Part shown: positions 24,350 to 36,751 of the stretch, in pieces | Layout: every line of letters starts with the position of its first letter | Numbering within the stretch: position 1 is the first letter of the stretch | Assembly (NCBI RefSeq): GCF_003704095.1 | Contig: NW_020845690.1 | Coordinates: 62,001 to 126,000 of the forward strand | Origin: Pocillopora damicornis | Lineage: Eukaryota | Length of the DNA stretch: 64,000 bases | Direction of reading: 5' to 3' | Notes under the pieces: model-generated | Seen by the model: only the letters and a program-made list of their open reading frames with translations | Databases searched by the model: none | What the model was told of the DNA's origin: nothing | Position numbers and translations under genes: made by a program

Positions 24350-27136
24350 ATGTTTGTCCTCGCCGAAATGAAAGATACTGTGAGGGTAAAACCGTGGCAT
24401 TTTGGAGTCGATCTACGTGAGGCTATCGCTACTAAGTTGAACAAAAAGCTTGCAAACAAGGTGAGTGGATGTAAAAAATCAAAACGAGCATGAAAGGTAA
24501 CAGCGAATGGCCAGCTATCAACTGATTGCAAGTTTGTTGGTTGTAGGTAGTCCATAATGTTGGTTTGTGCATTGTACTACATGACATTACATATATTGGT
24601 GACTCCTATCTCTTTCCTGGCGATGGATCGTCACATACTCCAGGTCAGTTTTTAAATACATACTACTCTAGCTCGGTAAACAATTAGAGAAGGTTTTACT
24701 GACACATACCAAAAATAGTATGCATTTAGTGCCATGGACTCTCGTATGAACGGTCCGGTTTCAAGCCCTTGGCTTGGTGATTTTTTTTTTCCGATCTTAG
24801 CAAAACACCTTCAGTCACGGTGCATCTTTTCACTCAGGAGTATTATTGATACCACAAGAATGTCTGTGAAAGTAGGCAAGATTCGGGTGAGTTACCTAAC
24901 ATAGGCTAGCAAACTATCCCAAACTAAGCGGTTACTCCTTACTGGTTCATGTCGAAGAAACTAAATAATAAACTATGGCAACGTGGGTCTCTTTGTCCGT
25001 TTAAGAAAGAAACCACTATGGCTATTCATTCATATTTTGCTGATTTAGTTTATTATTTATATTGATATAAAATTTATGACGAGCAAGCTGAAATTCTTAA
25101 ATGAGTTTTAAGCATGGCATTGTGAATATAACTATTCTTGATTATTCTTGGTCTTCCTTCTCAGTTAAATTTCGTTTTGTCGTGTTCCGTCCATTCATTG
25201 ATGAAGTGCTCACAGGAAGGATCCGAAGTTGTAACCATGAAGGAGTTCAAGGTGACGAATTGTCATTATTATTGTACACAGTTTGTGAGATATGGCTACA
25301 GCTGTAACCCTGTGAGCAGAGTTTTTCCAAGGAAAATTTCATAAACCAGATTCTCAGTATTGATACAGTAATAGCTAATGGTTAGCATAGACTTAGAGCA
25401 GTTCACCTAATTGAAAGATCAAGTTTCCAGCCTTGGCCCTGTCATTTGAACGAGTCTTTGGGCAAGTCTCTTAAGTGTGATGCCTCCCTCTTTGCTGAAG
25501 AACAAATGGGTATTGCCAAACTATCAGTGACCCCTACCCCTCCCAGTGGAAACTGATGATATATAAGAAGGAGGAGGAGACCTGTGAAGGAATTTTCAGG
25601 GAAGGGGGAGGGCAGTTTTAATCTTAATCTTTTCATCCCAGTGAAAACAAGATTGGATATACTTTAGAGGAATGGGCCTTTTGATTCGAGTACAGACATG
25701 ATCCTTTTCCTGGTTCTCAAACACAATTTTGAAAAGAAAAGTTTGAAATTTAAAATTGTCTCATTTCTTTTTAATATTAACAGTGTCAATGGAATTCTTT
25801 GACGATATTACCATCCCATATGAGTACCTTCAGCAGCCCTCAAAGTTGTATCCTTTGGTTGTAATTGTTAAAACTCAGTATTAATTACTTTGCCCTGCAA
25901 GTAATGGATTCCCTTTTCTGTCTTTTTCTAAATGCTTAGAAAAGGAGCCACTTCACTTGGATAACAATTACAAAATATATATAAAAAACAATAAGGCAGC
26001 ATTCACAGCCAAGGATAGCATCAGCCCTTTTCAAACTCTCAAAATTTGATTCATAACTCTCCCCTCTAGTGGTCTTAACCCTTTAACCCCAAGAATGATT
26101 GGAATCTAATTTCTCCTTACCATATCACCCTGAATCAAACATTAGGGTTAGGAGAATAAAGGAGCTGATCACCAACTAAAGAAGCTCTTGATTGCCAGAC
26201 AAATTCTCCATGTCAGCATCTTAGGAAATATTCAGAGAACAGTATGGAGAATATGCATACTGATGTTACAGTGTAAAGGGTTAAATTTCCTTCAACTTAA
26301 GTTGTCATTTAGTTCAAAGAATTTAGTTTTGAATTCATTTTCATAACACCCTGATGTATTCTCTTTGCATCTCTACTGGATAATATACTTATAAGGAAGA
26401 GATATGATCATTACTCCTTGGAATTTTTGGTATTCTTAAATACCATTTGTTTTTGGACATAAAATGTTGCGCAGTTATCCAGAGAAGCTTCTTTTTGTTC
26501 TTTATAAGTATTAAACGCTTGATTCCCTAACAAGCAACCATCTCAGTGATGAGGATGAACAGCTGTGGGTGTGGGAATATACAACTGATGACGGGGGACA
26601 TGACTTGTTCATGGACATCAATGAAGAGATCAGATTTAGGGTGGTTGATGAAATGTTTACTGATTTAAGTCCTGCAGGGCCTGAAATGTCAGGTGAAAAA
26701 AAAGAAGAGATAGAAAACAAGAGATCTCCATATACAATCACAGTAAGTTGCCCTATCCCTAGGAATTTTTGGCTGCTTTACAGGCACTCAGTATAATCAA
26801 GCATAAGGGATTTTGATGGTAATCTGCAGGGGAAAAGTCATGTCCAGGAGAGCCATGCACTCTCTAATTACTAAAATAATTCAGAGGCTAAGAAGGTCAT
26901 CCTTTCTTTCACTTTCTTAAAAGTAACCTTTATTTATCAATGGCTAATGATAGGAATGATAGGAGCAAGGGACATGTTATTTGTAAAACTTAAGAGTACA
27001 CCATTTTGAGATAAAATTCTACAGCCATTCATTCTGACTTACATTGAGATATATTAATCTTGACGAGGGACTTTCTTTTTCATAGGGATCCATAAGCGAG
27101 CCAGGGCTAGGCCTGAAGACATGGTGGTCGAGTTGA
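24350..27136 (+). CDS. POLR3H: RNA polymerase III subunit RPC8/RPC25 (~201 aa), 6 exons
   Basis: Exons 24350-24460, 24547-24643, 25165-25251, 25784-25847, 26547-26742, 27086-27136. Protein reads [65 protein letters not shown]. Confidence 0.96.
24720..24990 (+). mobile_element. Decayed tRNA-derived SINE-like element
   Basis: B-box-like GGTTTCAAGCCC followed by CTTAGCAAAACACCTT..CACGGTGCATCT..CACTCAGGAGTA. Similar decayed copies at ~25370-25690 (+) and ~47850-48110 (-). Confidence 0.55.
25848..26546 (+). other. U12-type (minor spliceosome) GT-AG intron in POLR3H
   Basis: 5' splice site GTATCCTTT at 25848. Branch site TTCCCTAAC at 26523-26531 lies ~15 nt before the AG, with no polypyrimidine tract. 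The splice restores the frame (SKF|DEDEQLW). Confidence 0.92.
26075..26284. mobile_element. piggyBac-like MITE, family B, inside the U12 intron
   Basis: TTAA|CCCTTTAAC...GTAAAGGG|TTAA. Confidence 0.85.
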
Positions 27137-27967
27137 CAGAGAAATATTGCTACAATTAACTGTAAAATTTTATTTATTTTACAAACAATGATGACTTGTT
27201 TATGATCAAGTAAAATTCAGAAAGCCAGCAAAGATGTAAACCAATGCAGGATTTTAATAAAATTTTCACAACATTTTAAAGCATAGCTCTAAGTGATTTG
27301 CCACAACAGTGCAACCAGAAAAAAGTGCACATTAAGTCATTGTCTCATACATGTAACCTCATAAAATCTAATGAGCAATTCTCACTACAAATTGCTGCAG
27401 ATTACCTGTAAATGAGTAAAAAGATTTGAAGTAATATCAAAATAGCACCCTACTGCAAAAAATTCTGTTTACTCTGATCACCTGTGAATAAATAATTGTA
27501 CTAATAAAATTGTGTGAAGTTTTATACATTAATCACCTCTGGGAATTACAAATTTGCAGCCAATTGTTGCACTTTAAATCTGTGTTTTGAATTTGAAGCA
27601 AACCCCCGCATTCCTGGAACTGTAGTTGGAACACTTCTACCCTGGTTTCTGGTTGTTTAAGCTTCATTCAATATAACGGAAGGAGGTCCTTTTTAGGAGT
27701 AATCTTCCCAAGACATTCCTCTTGTAAATGATCTCCTGTTACTCTGTAAGTGGGAACCACTTACAGGCTTGCCTTTGCTTAAATATTATCTGTAAAGAAC
27801 CAGGATATAGTGGAGTACTACTAAACAGTTGCTACAGCACAGTAGCAACTGTGTGTGTATGAGATCATAACCTCTCCCATGAAAAGAAATGTCCTGTAGA
27901 TGTAGACAGGCCTGTAACATCTTGATGTAGAAAGAGCAGCTTCAAGCAGATGCTCTTCATCTCTGCT

Positions 27968-30900
27968 TCAATTTGTGTTCGTAACATCATGTTTTGACCT
28001 TTTACAATAATCCTAAAAAATATATATTTTTTTAGAAATGGCACCTCACAATATTGTTTAAAAAAGTCCCACTAGTGACCAAGACAGAATTTCTCCTTAC
28101 AATATCAATACAATAGCAACAAGATAAGTGATGAGAATAAAGAAAAATATCAATTTGGGGATAATTAGTTGATCTAATACTAAATTCTCTGAACTAACAA
28201 TATAAGAATTGTATGGTTGACAGTAAGGAGAATTACAACTTTGATCTGGGAGTTAAAGGGTTAATTCCTTCTGTAACCCTTGGTGGTAGTCATACAAACA
28301 AAATTTATAAAATGTGCACAAGAGAGACAATGCTCTATTTTTGGATGCTTTCCTTGGCATATTCATTTTGAAAACAATTTGGATTTCCTTTTACCATTTT
28401 GACATCAAAGAGTGACTAGCATCTAATTTCTATGAGAATATCATCCCTGAATGAAATGTTAAGGTCAAAAGAAAAGAAAGAAAAGGAAACAATCACCACT
28501 GTAAAGGTAGTTTGATATTCAAACAAATTCTCTCTGTGAGTACATTTGGAAATGAACAGAGAACAATTTGTAGAATATGACTTCTGATGTTTGGGTGTAA
28601 AGGGTTAAAACATTGTTTAGAGAAGAGGAAAAAAAAAACCTTTATCATGCATTACACAGAAATTGTTGTTTAGTTGTCATGTTCAATCCACTGCAACAAT
28701 GCCAAGTACCTGTCATTCAGTCCGACACAACATCGTGATTTTGTAATTTTTTTAAAATTATCATCATCTGTGATAATTATACACTATAATTTGTACATCT
28801 CTGTATTCTTATAGGTCAAAAGAAAGATTAATAAGGCAACATTTTAAGAAACCTGTCTTTGCTTCTCATACCTGTAGGAATACTTTAGCCACATTACTTA
28901 GTCTAGCATTTGAGGATGTTGAAAATCTCTCCATGCAGTCCACAACAGGTTCTGATGTGATTTCTGTGAAACATATCAATAACAATTTATTCAATAATTT
29001 AATTCATTCAGAATTGCTCTCATTTTTGCCTGGCCACAAATAAATGCCTTATTTTGAAGTAAATGCAACCTATTACCAGTCAGAGCCCTTGTAATAATTA
29101 ATAACTCCTCCTGAAATATTTATTAACTGAGTTTGGTTAAATAGATTGTTCCACATGTTTTTGTCTGTAAAACTTCTTACCTTAGGCTGACATACAAAGC
29201 AAGAATGCATTCTCTTGCTATAAATAATGGTGGCAAACAGTTGACACCAACTAGATTTTAAACATTAACTAACCTTCCTGTGACTGTGGTGTAGTGAGGA
29301 ACATTAGAGTTGTTATGGCTGACAAAACGGTCTCCTCATTGGAACTAAAAGAAGTTGAGAGGTAAACATAAAATGCGTCAAAAACCACAATTTCTGTATT
29401 TCAATTGAAATGCACGTTGCCTCCTAACATACAGCAATCCGTTGTCATCACAGCCCTTCACAAGACTACCACTCTCATTAAAAAACATTGAGATTATCAG
29501 GGTAAAAAATAGTGATGCACCTAAGGCTAAAGCCAGCAACACACCTGGTAATTTTGTTTGCTGATCATGGCCATAAGCCAAAATTGAAATTGCCACACCT
29601 GATGATTTTCGTCGATCGTGGCAATCATTGTCTAAAATCAGGTGTATTGCCGACTGAAGTTCAAGAGAACAGGGGTGTAGTCTTTTTTCCTTCCAAAAGG
29701 GAGGTGGGGCGGATAGTAAAAAATTACTTTTAGTACACTTGGGGCTATACATTATTGTTTTACAAGACTGACAAGAAATTACCTGTCTACATTCCAAAGA
29801 TAGGGTAAAAAGCACCCTTGGAAATACCCTGATACTCAGACATTCCAGGTTGCTGGTGGCCACATTCTTTCTCTGTAAGAGTGACCTGGACTGTCTGAGA
29901 ATCACGCTACCTTAGTACTCTCTTGGGTACATCCTTTAACCCTTAACACCCTAAAATCAGTATGCATATTCTCCATACTGTTCTCTATATATGTCCCAAG
30001 GTGCTGACAAGGAGAATTTGTTTAACAACCAGAAGCTCCTTCAGTTGATGATCATTTCCTTAATTCTCATGACCTGAATGTGTGATTCAGGGAAGAGAAT
30101 GTAGGGAGAAATCAGCTGCTTATCACTCTAAAGGAGTCAAAGGGTTAACACCAGGACCCAACAGAACTAATGACCCAACAATCAAATAAATATGAAATGT
30201 GTTGTTACCTGGACAGACAATTAATAACTAAAGGTATTCCACCATTCTCAATGATGTGTTGTTTGTTTTCCTTATCTGAGAGACATAAAAGCTACATCAT
30301 TAGCCAAAGAAAATTACGCATGACTGTTAAACTTTTCTTTCATCAGTTTCTTACCCAGACTGCAGTTACATAATCCTCCAATCCCAAACTCAACAAACTT
30401 TACATTTTCTTCTGTAAGCATATCTGCAAGTATCAGACAAAAATTATTGGTGACAAGGCTACTTTTTACAAGGAGAAATTTTGAGTAAACATGTAGTATT
30501 TATTTCAATCAACATCTCTTTCTTCCACTTACTTGGAGCACAATGTACATGTTATATAAAGCATGACTGTATGTTTGTAAATACCAACTATTCAAAAAAC
30601 TCTACCATGTTCTCAAAACAGTTCTATGCATAAATAAACTTGACAATCAGGCCCCGGTTGTTCGAAGCTGGGTTAAGGTAACCCAGGGTTAGTGTGAAAT
30701 TTGATTTCAGGTCTGAAAACTTTAAGAGAAAATTCAGTTCAAATCTTTTTGCTTGCAATTTGATCATTGGATGTTCTAAAAAGAATAGTGAAAATTTTCC
30801 CCAAAAGACTTTTGAACAAAGAAATAAAGAAAGCTGGATTAAAATTTAACCCTGGGTTAGAGCTAATCGGCCTTTGAACAGCTGGGCCCAGAGCTCTATA

Positions 30901-31639
30901 TCCATTTGATTCCAAACTTTTGCTTTACTATCAGACACATTAACTCTCTTCTTTTCTCTGGCTAGAACTAAATGTAAATCATCTAAAGTGGAATTGTTCA
31001 ACTCTGAGGAAAATTAATTTCCTATAAAAATAAATTATGTTTCTGTTCTCACCCATAAAAAGGTCTAACACATTAAGCTTTCTGAAGTGACCATAGTTGA
31101 TAGGATCATACCCAAAATTGGCTAAGTTGGCCAAGATTTCTTCCTTAGAACCTAGATAAAAATTATTTAAAGTCAATTCAGTTGTAAAAACGGATCATGG
31201 GACTAAAAGAGTGCAGTGTTCACTTCTGAATGTATTGTGCTGCTTAGTTGGGAGTTTTTAGTTGTGGAGGTGGTAAAAACGAAGTTGGTGGGCCATGAAC
31301 TTGACCATTTTATTGGTTGTTGCTTCTTTGTCTTTTTCCGAATTAATCAGGTTTCTGTGTAAACTTTTAGGCCTAGGTCGATGAGGTTGGCGATGTGAGA
31401 GTAGAATAGGTTTTATCTGGCTTTGAAGAGACTGGTAAATTGTCTGTAGGTGTCGTTTGTTTTGTAAAGTTTAATCTTTGTGATGGCTATGTACATATCT
31501 GCAGTTCCAAGTCGGAGGAAAAGGCTCTACCTTGTTTGTCTGTATCTTGAAATTCCGTTACCAAAGCCTGTAAATATTCAAATCGTCCGAGATTATCCGG
31601 GCCAGTTTTGCTGTCGATACGAGCTTGACTTGTAAACAT
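27968..31639 (-). CDS. ARMC7: Armadillo repeat-containing protein 7, 7 exons
   Basis: Exons 31531-31639, 31053-31151, 30355-30423, 30209-30275, 29274-29344, 28872-28963, 27968-28012. Motifs RFEYLQALVTEFQ, KEEILANLANFGYDPINY, VEFGIGGLCN, SSNEETVLSAITTLMFL and RLSNVAKVFLQDYC. Confidence 0.94.
29936..30148. mobile_element. piggyBac-like MITE, family B (ARMC7 intron)
   Basis: TTAA|CCCTTAAC...GTCAAAGGG|TTAA with the family B interior. Confidence 0.85.
30651..30888. mobile_element. PIF/Harbinger-like MITE
   Basis: CAG|GCCCCGGTTGTTCGAAG...CTTTGAACAGCTGGGCC|CAG: 3-bp TSD and internal inverted AACCCAGGGTT/AACCCTGGGTT. Confidence 0.75.
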
Positions 31640-31829
31640 TTCAGATGCTTTCACTCACGTTCATTCGCCCGCCATTGCAACTTCTTTCTCCCCAGTACCT
31701 TCGCAACCTTTCCACCAGCACCCGGAAAAAAATTGCGTGACTACTCAATTCGTGACCAGAGTTTGTTTACATTTACCCAAACATGACAAGCTGATCACCG
31801 AGGTTGTCATCCTATGCTCTTCGTTGTAA
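31640..31829. promoter_or_regulatory. Probable bidirectional promoter ARMC7/RAB24
   Basis: 190 bp between divergent ATGs; CpG-retaining; contains a CCGCCATT YY1-like motif at ~31669. Confidence 0.7.
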
Positions 31830-34800
31830 ATGGGTTCTAAGGCAGAGAAGAAAGTGATCATAGTGGGAAAATATTGCGTTGGGAAAACTGCCCTGATACA
31901 CAGGTTTACAACGAACAGATTTAACGAGCTTTCATCGTACGAACCTGTAAGTATTGTTTCAATTGCTTCTAAGGATCAGCTTAGCACTCGATAATGTAAT
32001 GGATCGAGAGTAGCTAAGAGTTTTGAGGCTTCTTTCTCTTTCAGCGCAGGAAGAAAAGACATTGTTTGAATTCGGCGACTTTTCAATGCGATTCCTAATT
32101 CATCCAAGTGTCAGTGTTCTCTTGCGCTCGTAAACGATACATTTTGACGATCGCACACGAAACGAACTAATTAAAGGTCTCATGGTTCTAAACTACATAT
32201 TTCGAATTCGCTATCTGTGATACACCTGTACTTATCACTCATATTCTATTTATATTTGATACCGTTTTCCCCGATGGTGAAGTGATTTGTGCAATGCAAA
32301 CATCGACTATCCATAGCGCTGACAAGAACAACCCACTTCGCGGAAAAACACGTCACTTAATTCAGTCTAAATTCCTTTGCGTGAAAGCTGCCTCGTCTAA
32401 CGTAGCCTTACGACGGATTAATTAAAGTATTGACGAAGAAAATTTTTAGGAAATGAAAGATGTCCTTTATATAATGGCGTCTAGTAAATAAAAGCGATGT
32501 GGAAGTCAAGAAAGGAGTCGATCTTTTACAATTTTGATAAATTTACAATTTATTCTGTTTTTCAATGTGTAAAACTCCGTGAAGAGTCCAAATGCTCCTC
32601 GCCAAGAAAGTGGAAGCAGTTACGAAAGCAAACTGTTGTAAGCGAAAGAGAGAGCGATGGTGATATCTTGATTGATCTTGACAAGACCATCTCGTTCCAA
32701 TCTAAGTCTTGACATATAATTACTAGAAGCTGACAACATTTTTCGATGAGCCAGGCCCCTTAAGATCACTATGAGATAAAAAAATTCCTCTCTGAACATA
32801 CCTTTGTTAACGATTTAGCATTATTTGACACTGTTTGCTTTCAAAAAGTTTCATTTATGGACGAACGTTATCCGAAACTTTGTCCGATGCAGTACTTTTT
32901 TTCTTTTTATTTATGCATTTATTTCGTATTTGCTTTTGACGCTGTTCTCGATTCTTTCAAAAAATTTTTAAATTAACATAAGGAAACCACGCGTCCTTTC
33001 GATCAAAATTATTTAAAAGGATCGATGTATCGCTCACATGGACTCTTCTCCGAAATTGTGGCCGAAAATAAAGAAAGATCATGAGAAAAATACGCATGGA
33101 AATGGAAATGCAAAGTTCAAAAGCACGAGCTTAAGAACTCAAAGAAATACCGTGGATTTCGATTTTTTTATTTATTTATTTATTTTTTACCCTCTGCAGA
33201 CCATAGGGGCGGCGTATGTGGCGAAGAAAATGACTGTGGGCAAAAAATACGTCACTCTTGGAATATGGGTGAGCCGATCCCTATCTTAGCATGAATTACC
33301 ATTTTCTAGCGATGAAAGTTTTCATAAGCCAGTGCAGATTGTCTGGCAACAGACTGTCTCGCGAATTTTGATCAGACCAAAAGAAAAACTCACATATGTG
33401 AATGCAGTTAATTTTAGGCCCAGGAACTGTAGAAAACTGACTGTCAATTGTCAATGCCCCCCAGTGCTAAGTGGCTACGGCTCCTGTTAAAGTGTTTTAA
33501 GTAATTAATTATTTAAAAATGTTTTAGTCACGTGTAACAAATTATGAGTGTGTAACTTTTACAAGTAGACGTGCCTAGTTCGTCAACTGACCTGGCCTTG
33601 AACTGGCCTTATGTCGCTTTGATGTTTTTCATTCTACCAGTCGGTTAGGAAACGCACAGAAAAACTGACTGTGTATAAAATAATTATGATGTAAAAAGCC
33701 TCGAAGATTAAAGCCAAGCAAACAAAGTATGGCGCTGCCTAGAAATCCAACGCAAAGCGCAAACCGATCATGTAGATATTTGTGGAGAGTGGCTTGCCCT
33801 TGTCGTCTCGTGGCTTTGGCTGATGCACCGCTGTCCCTTGTACACTCACGCGAGCTTTCATTTAATAGCTTTGGTTTTTAGTGATGTTTTCTCCTTTTTC
33901 TGTTTTGGTTTACCCGAGAGTTCTTCCACTTTCTCATTTTCTGAAAGGCTTCAATTCCCTCCCAATTGGGTAAGAATCGTTTAACAACATCAGCGTTTTC
34001 CATTCACTCTTTCGTTTTCATTTAGGACACAGCAGGTTCAGAACGCTTTGAATCAATGACTGCGTTATATTATCGTGGAGCTGAAGCAGCCATCATTTGT
34101 TATGGTAAACACGCTTTCGTTAACTTTGGGATTATTACGGTAAAAAATCGTGTGTGGCTGCTGCAATTTGCTGATTTTGTTAAGCATTGATCAATCTGTT
34201 GATAATAACAATGATAAAATAATAATAATAATAAATAAATAATAATAACAATAATGATTAAGCAGTGGACAATCCACGAGGTGGGTCTTCCTGTCCACTG
34301 TTTCCAGGCTGAGTTGAACTGACTCTCTATATTTGTCCAGTTCTTTATAGGCCCAGCAGCCGTAGTTAATTAATACCTGCACGTGTTTATTTCTGTTTAT
34401 GTATGTACTAGATATATGCGACTCCTCTAGCTTTGAAAAAGCCAAGTTCTACGTGACAGAAGTTAGGCAAAATAACGAGGTATGTAAGTAGTACATTATC
34501 CTCCAAGTGCCCTCGCGAAATCGAAAGTGATGGTTATAAGTGAAAACCAAGAAAGTTTGAACATAAAGGACATTCAATACAGCACAAAAATACAAGGGTC
34601 TTCCTGTTAAGAACTTTGTTCTACAGTCTTTAATTTTCTTCGGTAACAAATTTAAACGAATTTTAAAATAAAGTCATTCTTAATTGGTAACGTTACACTT
34701 CTTTGACGTGTTAATCTGGACTGATGGATGGTAAGACAAAGGAACATGCAGACTAAGTACCTGTATGATCAACTGTGACATTCCTATTGTTGTAGAATTG

Positions 34801-35930
34801 TAAGCTTTATCTGTGTGGAACAAAGTTTGACTTGGTAAGTTCCGGGAACAGAAATAGAGAAGTTACCAGGGACAGCGCAGAGGATTACGCCCAAAGTGAG
34901 TTTTTGAGCTTTTAATTCCCTTGTAATCTAGATTGATGCATTCTGTATCACTTGTTAATTCTTGGCTTATGTTAACAATGACGGACATTTTTTTTAAACG
35001 TACATATGGGCCAGATTCTTTATTTGAGTTACTGTGGACCAGAAGGATTCAGTAGTCCAGATATTTTCTTCTGTGTTTTTCCTTATACTTATCACATTTC
35101 CACTGATTTGCTTTCATTACATCCGACACTAATCCACTCTTCCCAGATACCAAAGCAAGGAAAGTAATTGAGACATCAAGTAAAACGGGAGAAAACGTCC
35201 GTAAGTACATATCGAAATAATAGTTTATATTGATTGGTTGATTAACTGACTGATTCATTAATGGTTGATTGATTGACATTGACTACTCCGTTGATTGATC
35301 GATCGACTGATGATCAAACTATTTGATCTTTTTTTTTTTCAATTTTTCAATTTCACCAGACGAACTCTTTTCGATAATAGCCCAGGACTTGCTGAAGGAA
35401 ATACCAACAGGTACAAAACTACCAACATTTCGAACATACGGCTTTCATTAACCAACAACTCTCGTTGCCGGACTCTTGCCCCTCCTTCCGTGGACAGGAG
35501 TTTTCGATGGAAGAAGAAAAAAAAAAGACTTGGCTCTTTCTTTAGGAAACTAAATTAGGGTAACTTAACGGGACATAATTGCATCGTATTATAGAATTGA
35601 TTCGCGGCGATTCGGTTCATGCACCAACATCACTGTTCGTTGAAATCTATTTCAGTTACAATATAATCTATTACGCACTTTTCCTCATTCGTCTGTTTTC
35701 TTTCGACTAAGTTTTAACTCTGTTGTTAATTGAGTTCTCCAAATGATTGCAATAAGCACCATGGTTGTCCCCTCCCAGATAGTTCGGTAAGTGGAGGAGG
35801 CGACAATAGCAAAGCTTTTGGATGAGAGAGGTTTCTTTTCTGTTTTATAGAAAATACAGTACCTCCCTTCAAGTTTGGCTTACATGAATCTACACAAAAC
35901 GTTAGACCATTTTGTGGATGTAGCAGATGA
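31830..35930 (+). CDS. RAB24: Rab24-like small GTPase, 8 exons
   Basis: Exons 31830-31946, 33200-33268, 34026-34104, 34412-34479, 34796-34895, 35147-35200, 35360-35410, 35851-35930. G1 [15 protein letters not shown]3 [10 protein letters not shown]4 GTKFD, G5 ETSSKTG; C-terminus FCGCSR*. Confidence 0.88.
34197..34258. repeat. Imperfect (ATA)n microsatellite
   Basis: Visible trinucleotide run in RAB24 intron 3. Confidence 0.85.
35229..35312. repeat. Imperfect (TTGA)n microsatellite
   Basis: Visible tetranucleotide run in RAB24 intron 6. Confidence 0.8.
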
Positions 35931-36751
35931 TCGAGCCAGTTCTGTCGTTACTATGGAGACAAAATTGTCGTAAGAAGTAAACGACGAAGGGGAACTTTGT
36001 CCTAAAAGTATTTACAGTGGAGAAAATAATCACACTAGGAATTAAATTCTGATTGACTGGTTCCTCGCTCTCTGAAACGGACCTTTAGAACCGATGTGTA
36101 CATCCTTACGAAAATCAGTAGGGGTGCAGTTGTAAATGAGTTTGAGGCAAATAAAATAAGTACATAAATGAATTAACGAAGGAACAAACAGGTTAATTGG
36201 ATTTAGATCTCTGATACTTTTCAATATCTAGGACGGTGGTTGGGAAATTCTAGAAATAACTAAGCAAGAGAGCCACAGTTCTTGTGACAATGACGACCCT
36301 TGTGTAAAGTTTTAGGAAACGTGCTAACAAGTGTTTTTTTTTTTTTTTATAGGGATGACAATTAACTAGGTCAAGAAGCCTAGGTATAGCTGAAGAGTAG
36401 TATCATAAATAAAAACTACAAATCTGCGACAAAAAGTAAAATTTCAAATGTAGATAAATGTTAAGAATTCTATTCAAATATCTATACCTTTTGCTATTGA
36501 AACTGTTGTGATTTCTGGTCATTAAATTTCACATTTCATGCAACGTTAGTGTAGCAGTTTACGGTGATGTTTTCATGACTCTCACGACGTTATTAATGGG
36601 AAGTCGTTTGTAGAATTTTCTCAAGAAACAATAACTTCACGATTCCACGGCTTCAAAGCTACAATTTTGCAATTTTAAAAATTGGTAGGATGCAAAGCGG
36701 CATTCTCAATACAAAGAAGCCATGCGCGATGACATGCGTAGGTAATATTGT

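Noticed and set aside
29378-29905. 175-aa ORF, the longest in the track
   Set aside because: Lies within an ARMC7 intron, has a non-ATG start and no recognisable motifs.
35295-35558. ORF ending in a polybasic [15 protein letters not shown] tail, as an alternative Rab C-terminus
   Set aside because: Out of frame with Rab exon 7; the lysines come from an A-run, and a proper Cys-containing last exon exists at 35851-35930.
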